A stretch of 63,980 bases of DNA, filler included, from Octopus bimaculoides (lineage: Eukaryota): the NCBI RefSeq assembly GCF_001194135.2. It is 7 parts of 6 records of this genome, joined end to end, with 100 filler letters (N's around TTAATTAATTAA, not from the genome) between each part and the next. Parts side by side here need not be neighbours in the genome. Positions count along the whole stretch, not along the records: positions 1 to 9,211 come from NC_068982.1; positions 9,312 to 40,702 come from NC_069000.1; 5 more parts are not named here. One strand, written 5' to 3'. The stretch's first letter is position 1. Every line of letters starts with the position of its first letter. The notes beneath the pieces are model-generated. The model was not told where the DNA came from and did not search any database. It worked only from the letters and a program-made list of their open reading frames with translations. This document shows positions 1 to 11,600 of the stretch, piece after piece. The translations under genes and the position numbers were made by a program.

Positions 1-39
<39 letters not shown>

Positions 40-441
40 CATACACACAGGTTAACACGTTCGGGTATATAATGATACGCACACATGCGTATAAATATAT
101 AAAGTTGTGTGCCTGTGTAGGCATTTATGTATCTACTTATCTATCTATATTTATATATATATACATACACATATGTATATACATATACATATATATATGT
201 ACATATTCGTATATATATATGAATATATATATATTATTTGTATTATTATACGCATCCTCTTCCAAGTAAGTTTTATCTTTATAATTCCGATGCGCACTCT
301 ATACGATCTTTTTGCGCTTTCGTTTTTCTCTCTCTTATTCTTTTACCTCCTCTTCTCTCACTATTTTATCCTATTACTCTGTCACTCTCTCTCCCTCACT
401 CCTCCTCCCTTGCGCAAGTGGCTCCCACGTGACCATCGGCC

Positions 442-850
442 ATCTTTCTTTCTCTCCGTTGTAGCTGGAACAAGGAAGACGTGTTTTTGTTTGTCGCCTG
501 TCCACGCTTGATTTACACGTTCGCCACCACAACTTCGTTTAGGCTTAGCAGCCCTTCTTGTTTGTTTTCACTGTCCTGTTTGTGTTACATATTTTGACCC
601 TCCGCAAAATCCCAAATTTTATTCAATTTGCTTTGCAGGAGCAACTATTTTATCGGAAGCGTATATTGTTGTTAAATGCTCGAAATACGAGACTAGAAAA
701 ACAGCCAACAACTGATGAATGATTGTCCTTTATGTTGTTCGTTTTGTTTTTCGTTTGTGTCTTTCGTTGTTCGAAAGAATAGTTCATATTCTATGTACTC
801 GTGCTTCGTACTTTTTTGTTGTAAACGTTTCATGACGTCCTGTGCCCACA
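442..850 (-). repeat. Unclassified dispersed repeat (also at ~31480-31860 + and ~48485-48790 +)
   Basis: Shared blocks gggcacaggacgtcatgaaac...gagcaactatt...gaagacgtg..ttccagctacaacggagagaaag. Confidence 0.75.
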
Positions 851-1034
851 TATATATATATATATACGTATAGATGTATGTGCATATACGTATGTATATA
901 TGCATATATATATATATATATTATTTATATTATTATATATATATATACATACTCATATATATATATGCACGTATATATATGTATATACATGTATATATGT
1001 ATATATATATATGTATGTATGTGTATAGATATGT

Positions 1035-1065
<31 letters not shown>

Positions 1066-1135
1066 TATATGTATATACATATATATATATGTATATACAT
1101 ATATATATGTATGTATATATGTGCATGTATATATA

Positions 1136-1169
<34 letters not shown>

Positions 1170-2354
1170 CATACATACGTATCTGTAGACAGACAGACAG
1201 ACAGACAGACAGAGAGGGAGAGAGAGAGAGAGAGAGAGNNNNNNNNNNNNNNNNNNNNNNNNNNNNNNNNNNNNNNNNNNNNNNNNNNNNNNNNNNNNNN
1301 NNNNNNNNNNNNNNNNNNNNNNNNNNNNNNNNNNNNNNNNNNNNNNNNNNNNNNNNNNNNNNNNNNNNNNNNNNNNNNNNNNNNNNNNNNNNNNNNNNNN
1401 NNNNNNNNNNNNNNNNNNNNNNNNNNNNNNNNNNNNNNNNNNNNNNNNNNNNNNNNNNNNNNNNNNNNNNNNNNNNNNNNNNNNNNNNNNNNNNNNNNNN
1501 NNNNNNNNNNNNNNNNNNNNNNNNNNNNNNNNNNNNNNNNNNNNNNNNNNNNNNNNNNNNNNNNNNNNNNNNNNNNNNNNNNNNNNNNNNNNNNNNNNNN
1601 NNNNNNNNNNTTGGTGGTGTTATTGGTGGTGGTGGTGGTGTTATTGGTGGTGGTGGTGGTGGTGATGTCGATGATGATGGTGATGGCGATGATGATGAGG
1701 AGGAGGAGGATGATGATGATGATGATGATGATCTTTTCTTTATTGGTCTCAAGAGCCGAACTCAAAACAAATAGCAACAATACATAACACGGGACAAGTG
1801 AGATTTAGCACAAAGATTCGTGTATACATTAGAAACGATAACAATTAAACAATGAAAATCAAACAACAAAATGCACCCAAAAGCGGAGAGTTCCTCCTTC
1901 GACCAACCAAGGAGTCCCACACATCCTGGTTGCCCTGACCGCCAAAAGCACCTCAAACAGACACCACTTTCCTCCTCAGCTCTTCCGACCTACAGGCGTA
2001 TATGTTTAGAGTAGGCCCGTATGAACGGGCCATCCTCTCCACATTCGCCCACCTTTTAACGAAAATACTGAGGNNNNNNNNNNNNNNNNNNNNNNNNNNN
2101 NNNNNNNNNNNNNNNNNNNNNNNNNNNNNNNNNNNNNNNNNNNNNNNNNNNNNNNNNNNNNNNNNNNNNNNNNATCCATTCATGAATTTATTTATTTATT
2201 AATTTTTTTACATACATATTTTAGCTGCGAATTTGCGTGTATAAACTGGGAATGCATACAATAAGCTTCTCTGTCCTAGGTGTACGGAAAATGCTCGGCG
2301 AGAAATGGAAGAAAATTTGAAGAAAGAAGAAAAAAATCATAATAATAATAATAA

Positions 2355-2600
2355 GACTTGGGAGGTTGAGCAGTTGTGGTAGTAGTACCAATAGCAGGTG
2401 GTAGTAGTACCAATAACTGTCGGAGCCCTGGGAACAGCGAGCAAAAATCTTGAGAAGTACATGGAAGAAATAGGGGCTGCAATAAGGGTGGAGCACTTGC
2501 AGAAAACAGCACTGCTTGGAACCGCTCGAATGCTCCGGAAGGTGCTCGAAAAATAAGGGGTGTTACCTTAGTTCGCTGGTAGTGAACAGCTGACACCGTA
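2355..2600 (+). mobile_element. R4/Dong-like (RLE) LINE 3' fragment
   Basis: VVVPITVGALG...LEKYMEEIGAAIRVEHLQKTALLGTARMLRKVLEK*, directly after an (AAT)n tract. Confidence 0.8.
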
Positions 2601-2666
2601 TGAGCTGACACTCATTGACTATTGACTCATTTTCATTTTTTTTTTGCTCCTTCTATGCTTTCCTCT

Positions 2667-2704
2667 TTCTTCTGATGAAGGACCAACATCCGAAACGTTA
2701 GAGG
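2667..2704 (+). ncRNA. Hammerhead-like motif, weak stem I (family 3)
   Basis: CUGAUGA a GGA-ccaaca-UCC GAAA CGUUA GAGG. Stem I forms only with G-U pairs. Confidence 0.45.
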
Positions 2705-3919
2705 CCGTTTTCTCTTTCTTATTAACATGTCAAGTTTGTCCTGTATTCGTTAAACTTTGTCACTTCTGTGTTATCATTTTGTTATTACTCATTGCACTTA
2801 CAATATGTGTTTGTGTGTGTGTGTGTGTGTGAGTGTATGTGAGTGCGTGTGTATTGCAAAGTCCCAGTCAATATGATGTTTACAGTAAATTTGATTCTAC
2901 TCTCAGCCTTAAGTTACTTCGCCAGTAAAAGTCTTGTTGATATCTTAAAGTAGCTTTAAAATAATATTAATTTAACATGTGTGAGTATATACAACTGTGT
3001 GCGTTGTGTGTGAGTGTTGCGTGTGAGTGTGTGTGTGTGTGTGTATGTGTGTATAAGCGTGTACACATATTTTGCATACATATTTCCTTATCGTTTTTCA
3101 TCCACCCCGGCATACCACGTCTCCTGGGGACACTTTCTTACTTAAGCCTCAATGAGCACCGAATCATACACAGAGTATAAACCAGATATGGAGTAGCTTA
3201 ATAAATTGTGTTGCCAGATATGTGCGCACGCGTGTGCGTGTGTGTGTGTGTGTGTGTGCGTTCGCGCGTGTATGTGTGTGTGCTTGTGCGTGTGCGTGTG
3301 TGTATGTGTGTAGCACAGAGGAATGTAAAAGTTTTCGTGTTGAAACACTGCAAACGTGGCAGAATTCTTAATTTTTGTTGAGTTTAGAATTCTCCGTACA
3401 TTCCAGATTCGTTTATTCTTTTCAATCATTTGAATGCGGCCATGCTGCAGCACTGCCTTTAATGTATATTTTTGCCTTTAATGCATATTTTTGTTAGTCT
3501 ATCTCCATAATTACTCCAGCATGTTTATCGACATATGATGATGTATATTACCCAATATCTTTCTTCTTTTTCGAAAAGGCGGTATGAGATTTGAGGGAGA
3601 TTTGGCTATTATTTCTAGTCTGTAAAACGACCACTTAGCAGGTCCCTTGTTGTCTGGAAATGGGTTATGTTTGTTTCACTGACATTGCTAACAGAACATA
3701 GTCACCTGTTGCTAATTCGTCTCTGTACAACTTCTCTTATAAGGTAACTATTTGGTAGGGACAGAAGTTCGTACCGCTTTCCAATTGGTAGCGTTTAAAC
3801 ACGTGATTTGGATTCTCTCGAGACAGAAGTATATGACATATATTTTCTGAAAGGGAACATTTCGACATGTCTCTCTATATTATTATTATTGTGAGGATAG
3901 TTTATTTCTAGCGTTTGTA

Positions 3920-4170
3920 TTGGGTTGGTGCATCATTATTGCGGCTTTTTTCAACAAATTTTATTCAACAAAAACAATAACAATATTTAACAAAAACCAT
4001 CTTTAAATGACGGTCTGAACGTCTGTCAAGCAAATGTCAAGCAGTATTTGAAGTAGATGGTGAATATGCTCCGGAATAATCATTTAAATATGTTTTTGTT
4101 ACATGTCGTTATTGTTTTTGCTGAATAATATTTGTTGAAAAAAAGCCGCAATAATTATGCACCAACCCAA
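3920..4170. mobile_element. Mariner-derived MITE, 251 bp
   Basis: About 65-bp inverted termini ttgggttggtgcat.attattgcggctttttt..., flanked by TA at 3918-19 and 4171-72. Confidence 0.88.
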
Positions 4171-4304
4171 TATGTTAAAAATAAAAATGGCGGAAAATGA
4201 GACGTATTTTCGTTATTTCATGCTCTTTTATTTTCGGAAAGGAAAAACGCTGTACAGATAGCAAAATAAGTATGTGCAGTTTATGGGGATGGTGCCATAG
4301 CAGA

Positions 4305-4863
4305 GGCGCAGGAGTGGCTGTGNNNNNNNNNNNNNNNNNNNNNNNNNNNNNNNNNNNNNNNNNNNNNNNNNNNNNNNNNNNNNNNNNNNNNNNNNNNNNN
4401 NNNNNNNNNNNNNNNNNNNNNNNNNNNNNNNNNNNNNNNNNNNNNNNNNNNNNNNNNNNNNNNNNNNNNNNNNNNNNNNNNNNNNNNNNNNNNNNNNNNN
4501 NNNNNNNNNNNNNNNNNNNNNNNNNNNNNNNNNNNNNNNNNNNNNNNNNNNNNNNNNNNNNNNNNNNNNNNNNNNNNNNNNNNNNNNNNNNNNNNNNNNN
4601 NNNNNNNNNNNNNNNNNNNNNNNNNNNTGTATGTATGTATGTATGTATGTATGTGCGTTTATGTTTGTATGTCTGTGTTTGTCCCCGCAACATCGCTTGT
4701 CAACCGATGCTGGTGCGCTTACGTCCCCGTAACTTAGCGGTTCGGCGGAAGAGACCGATTGAATAAGTACCAGGCTTACCTGGGGTCGATTTGCTCGACT
4801 TAAAGGTGGTGTTCCAGCATGGCCGCAGTCAAATGACTGAAACATGTAAAAGAATAAAAGAAT
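4305..4863 (+). mobile_element. tRNA-derived SINE family A
   Basis: Head ggcgcaggagtggctgtg, internal microsatellite/gap, tail ...ccagcatggccgcagtcaaatgactgaaac..aaagaata. Many copies in the window. Confidence 0.8.
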
Positions 4864-5129
4864 CGCAAGGTTTAGGTGTAGAAATATCTGGAAAATTGAA
4901 CGTTTCGAGAGGCCTAGAGTCGTTGATGAAGACCAAATCGAAACGCTATTCAAAAATAATCCCAATCATACGTCACGAGACATTCCACAAATTTCATTCG
5001 AGCAACGTTATAAGGTATTTAAAAACACTTGGTTATGTGAATCGCTATGGGTGTTTGGGTACCTCATAATTTAACGGAAAACTTTATTGGACCGTATCTG
5101 CGATTCTTTGCTCAAACTCAACAAAAACG

Positions 5130-5312
5130 ATTCATATTTGGAAAGAACAGATGAAAAATGAATTATTTACATTATTTACATTTGACGGATATTTGTCCTC
5201 ATCTTGTTTGTTGTTAACACAACGTTTCGGCTGATATACCCTCCAGCCCTCATCAGGTGTCATGGAAAATTTCGAACCTGGGTTCCCATTCCTAAGGTAT
5301 TTTTCGATATCC

Positions 5313-5344
<32 letters not shown>

Positions 5345-5345
5345 N
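5130..5345 (-). mobile_element. Hammerhead-bearing short element (putative Penelope pLTR-derived), copy a
   Basis: Shares ccttaggaatg.gaacccagg...HHR...caagatgaggacaaatatccgtcaaatgtaaataatgta with the copies at 31.3 and 33.7 kb. Confidence 0.7.
5216..5261 (-). ncRNA. Minimal type-I hammerhead ribozyme motif (family 1, copy a)
   Basis: GACAC CUGAUGA g GGCUG-loop-CAGCC GAAA CGUU GUGUU. Stems I and II pair; stem III is the palindrome AACGUU. Confidence 0.75.
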
Positions 5346-6154
5346 NNNNNNNNNNNNNNNNNNNNNNNNNNNNNNNNNNNNNNNNNNNNNNNNNNNNNNN
5401 NNNNNNNNNNNNNNNNNNNNNNNNNNNNNNNNNNNNNNNNNNNNNNNNNNNNNNNNNNNNNNNNNNNNNNNNNNNNNNNNNNNNNNNNNNNNNNNNNNNN
5501 NNNNNNNNNNNNNNNNNNNNNNNNNNNNNNNNNNNNNNNNNNNNNNNNNNNNNNNNNNNNNNNNNNNNNNNNNNNNNNNNNNNNNNNNNNNNNNNNNNNN
5601 NNNNNNNNNNNNNNNNNNNNNNNNNNNNNNNNNNNNNNNNNNNNNNNNNNNNNNNNNNNNNNNNNNNNNNNNNNNNNNNNNNNNNNNNNNNNNNNNNNNN
5701 NNNNNNNNNNNNNNNNNNNNNNNNNNNNNNNNNNNNNNNNNNNNNNNNNNNNNNNNNNNNNNNNNNNNNNNNNNNNNNNNNNNNNNNNNNNNNNNNNNNN
5801 NNNNNNNNNNNNNNNNNNNNNNNNNNNNNNNNNNNNNNNNNNNNNNNNNNNNNNNNNNNNNNNNNNNNNNNNNNNNNNNNNNNNNNNNNNNNNNNNNNNN
5901 NNNNNNNNNNNNNNNNNNNNNNNNNNNNNNNNNNNNNNNNNNNNNNNNNNNNNNNNNNNNNNNNNNNNNNNNNNNNNNNNNNNNNNNNNNNNNNNNNNNN
6001 NNNNNNNNNNNNNNNNNNNNNNNNNNNNNNNNNNNNNNNNNNNNNNNNNNNNNNNNNNNNNNNNNNNNNNNNNNNNNNNNNNNNNNNNNNNNNNNNNNNA
6101 TTCGGCGCTTCTTCCGTAGAAACAAGCGCTAAATTCAGACGTTTGTCTGAATTC

Positions 6155-6281
6155 AGCGTCCAATGAGATTGATTAAAGAGGGCAACTAATGAGAAGCGTC
6201 CAATGAGATTGATTAAAGAGGGCAACTAATGAGAAGCGTCCAATGAGATTGATTAAAGAGGGCAACTAATGAGAAGCGTCC
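6155..6281 (+). repeat. 40-bp tandem triplication within the mariner transposase
   Basis: agcgtccaatgagattgattaaagagggcaactaatgaga starts at 6155, 6195 and 6235, with a partial copy at 6275. Confidence 0.92.
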
Positions 6282-6589
6282 AGAATTGGCCACTCGGAAG
6301 AATGTCGTCTTCCTTCAGGATAATGCCAGATTTCGTGTTTCCTTTCAGACCTGGCAGACATTTGTTCTGCTTGGCTGGGATATCCGAACACACCAACCAT
6401 ACTCACCTGACTTTGCACATTCCGGTTACCATTTATTTCGATCCCTACAAAAGTCTCTTAATGAGAACTTCATTTCTTTGGGAGACTGTAAAAACTATTC
6501 AGACCAAGTTTAGGAAAGATGGAATTATGGAGCTGCTTCAAAGATGACGAAAGGTAGCAGAACCAAATGTGATATATATGGCTGGGTAA

Positions 6590-6830
6590 TGCAAGCGTAA
6601 GATCACCTCCTACGAACAGAACAGAATTGCAAGGACACAAAGGAAATGCGAACTGCACAAGTCCAGATCCAACTCCTCGCTTTCAGTTCCAGCAGACCAT
6701 CAGTGCCCGACCAGCGGCAGATCCCTCCGAGCACATATCGGACTGATTGGTCTCAGCCGGTCACACTGTGATCCGTCTTCTTCCATGTGATATCCTCGGT
6801 CATCGTCCACAACAACAGACGAATTAATAT
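6590..6830 (+). mobile_element. RTE-clade LINE 3' fragment inserted in the mariner
   Basis: cgagcacatatcggactg gives the RAHIGL motif, followed by a gtcatcgtc...gacgaa tail typical of RTE 3' ends. Confidence 0.5.
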
Positions 6831-7930
6831 TATAAATATCTAAATATTGTTTTTTAATTTTATTTAAAAACCGGAACGAACTTTTGTTCCGGCCCAAGAT
6901 TATTGGATACGACCGGAAGTTTAGTCGGGGGAGTTTTATTGATTATAAAATGATATATATTCATTAACGCCAGAAGGAACTCATTTAATTTTTACAGAGA
7001 CTTAAATGAATTGTTCATACATTTGGAATGCGACGCCTATTAATCCATCTGAAACTGGATGAGTTTCCTGAATGGAATCAAAGTTGAGGAGCGATGGCGT
7101 GGGTGAGTTTGGAGGAGGAGGAGGACGACGAGGACGACGACGAGGAGGAGGAGGACGACGAGGAGGAGGAAGAGGAGGAGGAAGAAGAAGAAGAAGAAGA
7201 AGAAGAAGAAGAAGAAGAAGAAGAAGAAGAAGAAGAAGAAGAAGAAGAAGAAGAAGAAGAAGAAGAAGAAGAAGAAGAAGAACGTGTAGCGGGAAGAAAA
7301 AGAACAGCAACTTGTGGAAGAAGATAAAATAAATGAAAAGCAACAAACCTAAGAAAGAAAGAAAGAAAGAAAGAAAGAGGGAAAGAAAGAAAGAAAGAAC
7401 GAAAGAAAGAAAGAAAGGAATGTCCTTTTTGTTCAGTGAAATATTTCTGATTTTCTTAATCTAATATTTCACTTGAAAAGTTGAAAAAGTAAAAAAGAAA
7501 AGGAAACTACTAGAAAAAATAATTTGTATTACTCTCTCTGTNNNNNNNNNNNNNNNNNNNNNNNNNNNNNNNNNNNNNNNNNNNNNNNNNNNNNNNNNNN
7601 NNNNNNNNNNNNNNNNNNNNNNNNNNNNNNNNNNNNNNNNNNNNNNNNNNNNNNNNNNNNNNNNNNNNNNNNNNNNNNNNNNNNNNNNNNNNNNNNNNNN
7701 NNNNNNNNNNNNNNNNNNNNNNNNNNNNNNNNNNNNNNNNNNNNNNNNNNNNNNNNNNNNNNNNNNNNNNNNNNNNNNNNNNNNNNNNNNNNNNNNNNNN
7801 NNNNNNNNNNNNNNNNNNNNNNNNNNNNNNNNNNNNNNNNNNNNNNNNNNNNNNNNNNNNNNNTTTAAACAAAATAAAATATATACATCTACAAGAGTGG
7901 TGGAGTGGTATGGCTGGGATAACGTCGAAT

Positions 7931-8085
7931 ACTATGGCGGTGAATTGACGGTTGGAATAGTGTTGAACAAAATGACGGTGAAATGACAGAGTTAGGAAAG
8001 TGTTGGACAAAATGGCGGTAGATAGTGAGAGGTAATGGAGTGTGGAATAAAACGGCGGTGGATTGACAGAGTTGGACAAACTGTT
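7931..8085. repeat. Degenerate 40-bp tandem repeat, about 4 units
   Basis: a.tggcggtg.a.tgacagagtt.ga..gtgttg.acaa units at 7931, 7971, 8011 and 8051. Confidence 0.7.
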
Positions 8086-8513
8086 AACTGATTGGTAGAA
8101 TTAACTGGTTGAGCACCAAAGAAAATTATGGTAAACTGGTAGAACAGTTACAGTACTGGATGAAAATTCGAATCTCGCTAAAGTCAGCTTTGTTTTTAAT
8201 CCATCTGGAGCGTATATAAATAACAGCCAATGAAAACCACTTCCATCCTAGATATAAGCAGAGGTAATTTGTCTCTGTTATAAATAAAAGTTTTCATTAA
8301 CATATATTTCCATTGAGCTGGTAGCTCATTGACATCAGGTGTCTTATTCTTGGTTATGTATAGGAGATCAGAGAACAAATTATAATCGGATTAAGAATTC
8401 TATAAGTCAGACACTTAAATCTTTAATCAACTTTTATTTTTGCTTGTTTTTGTTTTTAATTTCATAATCGATATAAATATATACGTGTGTGTGCGTGTGT
8501 GATTGTATGTGTG

Positions 8514-8580
<67 letters not shown>

Positions 8581-8789
8581 AGGTGTTATGTTGTATATAG
8601 TAGGAAGGAAGAATGTATAGGCAAACAATTAGTTAGTCTTGAACATGGCGTTTATATATTTAAACATAATTGCAGAACTGTTACAATAAAGCTGTTAGAA
8701 AAGAGTGTATCATAGAAATAAGGGAGTAAGAAGGTGTGTTTCTAGAATATACGGCGAATTTTCCAGCAGATGAAGATAGGCATTCCATA

Positions 8790-9002
8790 TAGTAGAGGAC
8801 CATCCATGTCTTCTGAGGTGCTGGTGCAGTCAATGGAGAAAGCTTGGTTTGCAATGTTTGCAGTCGTGTATGTTTGTCAAAGAGCAGGGGCTCATTAGCC
8901 ACCAACCGAGCCGCAAATGCAAAATATAAGTTAGTCCTAGAGCGCACAATGTTCCTGAAGGTCGGCAATGGTCTTCCTCTGTCACGCGTGGACGGCCATC
9001 GT
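8790..9002 (+). mobile_element. RTE-like LINE 3' fragment
   Basis: LVCNVCSRVCLSK.GL.SH-like C-terminal motif followed by a gtcttcc...ggacggccatc tail. Confidence 0.45.
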
Positions 9003-9048
9003 CATATATATATAGTATTAATAAAATAGGAGATGGAATGTGTATTAA

Positions 9049-9093
9049 GTACAACACATGTTTCGACCCGTCGTTTTGGGTCTCTTCAGGTAC
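9049..9093 (-). ncRNA. Minimal type-I hammerhead motif (family 2)
   Basis: GUAC CUGAAGA GACCC-aaaacgac-GGGUC GAAA CA-ug-UGUU GUAC. All three stems can be drawn. Confidence 0.65.
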
Positions 9094-9211
9094 GTCAATA
9101 AAAAGTCGCACTAAAGATTTCTTGTGTCGCCATTTTTACCGCTATATGTCCATCAAATTGACACAGCTGCGACAGAGTCGGACAAAATGGTAACTGATTG
9201 GGAGAATTATA

Positions 9212-9311
9212 NNNNNNNNNNNNNNNNNNNNNNNNNNNNNNNNNNNNNNNNNNNNTTAATTAATTAANNNNNNNNNNNNNNNNNNNNNNNNNNNNNNNNN
9301 NNNNNNNNNNN
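9212..9311. other. Artificial scaffold-join spacer N44-TTAATTAATTAA-N44 (also 40703, 45400, 54288, 60630, 62743)
   Basis: An identical 12-mer is centred in six 100-bp gaps and encodes stops in all six frames. Confidence 0.95.
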
Positions 9312-9349
9312 TATATATATATGTATGTATATATATATAACTACAAGCA

Positions 9350-9393
<44 letters not shown>

Positions 9394-10085
9394 ATATACA
9401 TACATACATACATACATACATACATACTTATATAAATACATATAAAGAGAGAGAGTGAGAGAGACAATGAGAGAAAGAGGCAGTCCTCCCATAACGTCGT
9501 CTCTCTAGAAAGTTGATGACATAAAATAAAATCCAATACCGTTAAATGAAATATTCACAAGTTTACGCCTCTCCAACAAATCTTTTATTTCAATATATAT
9601 TTCTTTCCGTCTTTTGTAACCTGTTCATTTTTCTTTTTTTTTTCTTTTTTTTTTTTCAATTCAGCTAAATACAAATATAAAATATATTGGTGAATAAAAT
9701 TACTAATAATTCAACTTTATTATTTCACAATCGTTATCAAAAATGCAGTCATTTTCTTCATTACAGTTTCCTTCCTGAAATGTTACTGTTTTATGGTACA
9801 ACTCTCCTTCGGTATAGTTTCAACAATGGAAACTAAGACAAATAGCGATATTTTATTCGTCAGCCAGAATTTTATAGGCTTCACCATCAGTTTCTGTTTG
9901 ATCTTTGGTAATCCACAAATCCTTTTATAAGTAGCTCTTCTTTCGTTAATGCACCGAGCGAAAAATATTTCCCTTTTGGTTTTCAGCTTATAGGTTGTTT
10001 TTCTGAAAGTGCTTTAGACATTGGGTTGGATGGAAATTATAACAGACTGCGGGCAATGAAAATATGAATGTAGAGAGGGTCACTC

Positions 10086-10142
<57 letters not shown>

Positions 10143-10203
10143 CAAAGACATATTAGTATAGACACCTTATTAGTATCGCTAGGCTTAAGCGAGATATGTG
10201 TGT

Positions 10204-10278
<75 letters not shown>

Positions 10279-10769
10279 GGTGGGCGGGCGTTCGTGCCTG
10301 TGTGTCCATTGTTTTATTCTGTTATTTGTTACTTGGACTTGTTGACATTGCTCCAAGTTTTGTGCGTAAGCGCCGAAATATTGGCCCTGAATTTCCAGTA
10401 TCTAGAGAAGTCTGTAGAGAAACTTCTGTTCCTTAACATGAACAAGATTTCAAACAGTGTGGAAATTACAGATTTGAGAGAAAGATGATGAAAATAACGA
10501 AATAAATTCTTAATACCAACAGGATACAAGTATAAGCTGTTAAAAATTTATTAAGTGAGTTTACAAACAGAGAAAGAAATTTGTTCTGGGAATATATGTA
10601 ACCAAAATCAAAATATATCACGTATTACACAACAGGCACAGGAATATAAAAGAATTCTAATCTAACCGATATTATTAGACTTCGTGTCAAATCTGACAGG
10701 AAATAAAGAAGCGTTTTAAACATAGATTCAACAGAATTTCATGCTACAAGCTGCTGTTAGATGAAAACA

Positions 10770-11600
10770 GTCACCTTCACGAATGATGCAGACGATACAA
10801 AAGTATGACAGACGATAAAGAACCCTGGAGATGCTATGCAACTGAAAACAGACTTAAATGCTATGTGTAAGGGATCTGAATAAAATAACATGCAATTTAA
10901 TGCCGCAAATTTTCGAGCCTTCTTCTATCGGCACACAAAATTAAATGCAATGCAGAAAATATACATGGAATCACGAGTTGATAACAATCCTAAAATTACA
11001 ATCTTTACGTCACTTGACCATTAACATGAGTAATGATGCGTCATTTCAAGCTCATATTACTGACCTGACAATGATATGTAGCCGGTTCTCTGGGGAATAT
11101 TTGTCCCAACGGTCTAGATTATTTTTCCTAATTGCAATATGTAGATTTAAATGAAATGCAGCAATATGCAAATTTAAAATAAATGAAGCAATCTAACGCT
11201 GCTACATGAAGAGGATTTCCCCAATGAAGCATGTCAGCTACTGGGAAAGGCTGAAAATGTTGAGACTCTATTCTGAGGAGCGAAGACGAGAAAGTTATGC
11301 ATTAATATATGTCTGGAAGGTCCATGAAGGACTTTCACTAACCTTTGGCAATGCCGAAGATTCCATTCTCAGCGCCCAAACTTGGGACGAGACTTCAATA
11401 GCTTAACGGTCAAAAGACAGTAGCTTTTCAATATACTGTCGCGAGTTTTTAGAGACCGACATGGTGTGGATATAGAAGTCTTTGCAAAGCAATTAAGCCA
11501 TCTACACTCTGTTTCATGGCAAGAAACACAACCGAGAAAGGCAAATTCGAAATCAAACATTCGCTAAATGCCATCTAAAGATGGCATTTCAGTAAAAGGA
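10770..11600 (+). mobile_element. CR1/L2-type LINE 3' portion (RT remnant)
   Basis: ADDTKV...LKTDLNA...NNMQFN...SYWERLKMLRLYSEERRR...IYVWKV. A 3' stem-loop aaatgccatct-aa-agatggcattt lies at 11566-11589. Confidence 0.8.

Larger units (their letters stand above)
3751..6900 (+). mobile_element. Fragmented mariner (D,D34D) element with nested insertions
   Basis: Transposase N-terminus MAENETYFRYFMLFYF.KGKNA...VCAVYGDGAIAE at 4187. C-terminus KRPELATRKNVVFLQDNAR...HQPYSPDFA...YHLFRSLQ at 6270-6580. Degenerate TIRs sharing aagttcgt at 3751-3780 and 6866-6900. Confidence 0.7.

Noticed and set aside
680-740. GAAA...CUGAUGA order in the 442/31480/48485 repeat family as a type-II hammerhead
   Set aside because: Stems I and II and a valid NUH site cannot be drawn in any of the three copies.
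72-1787. Long ORFs rich in YI, HT, CV, poly-E, poly-L or X here and throughout the track
   Set aside because: They are translations of (TA)n, (CA)n and trinucleotide microsatellites or N-gaps.
6155-6281. CRISPR-like array for the 40-, 35- and 52-bp repeats
   Set aside because: Head-to-tail units without unique spacers, in a eukaryotic context with no cas genes.
9640-10010. Possible hAT transposase C-terminal fragment
   Set aside because: Only an FWL-like hint; there is no consistent motif series.
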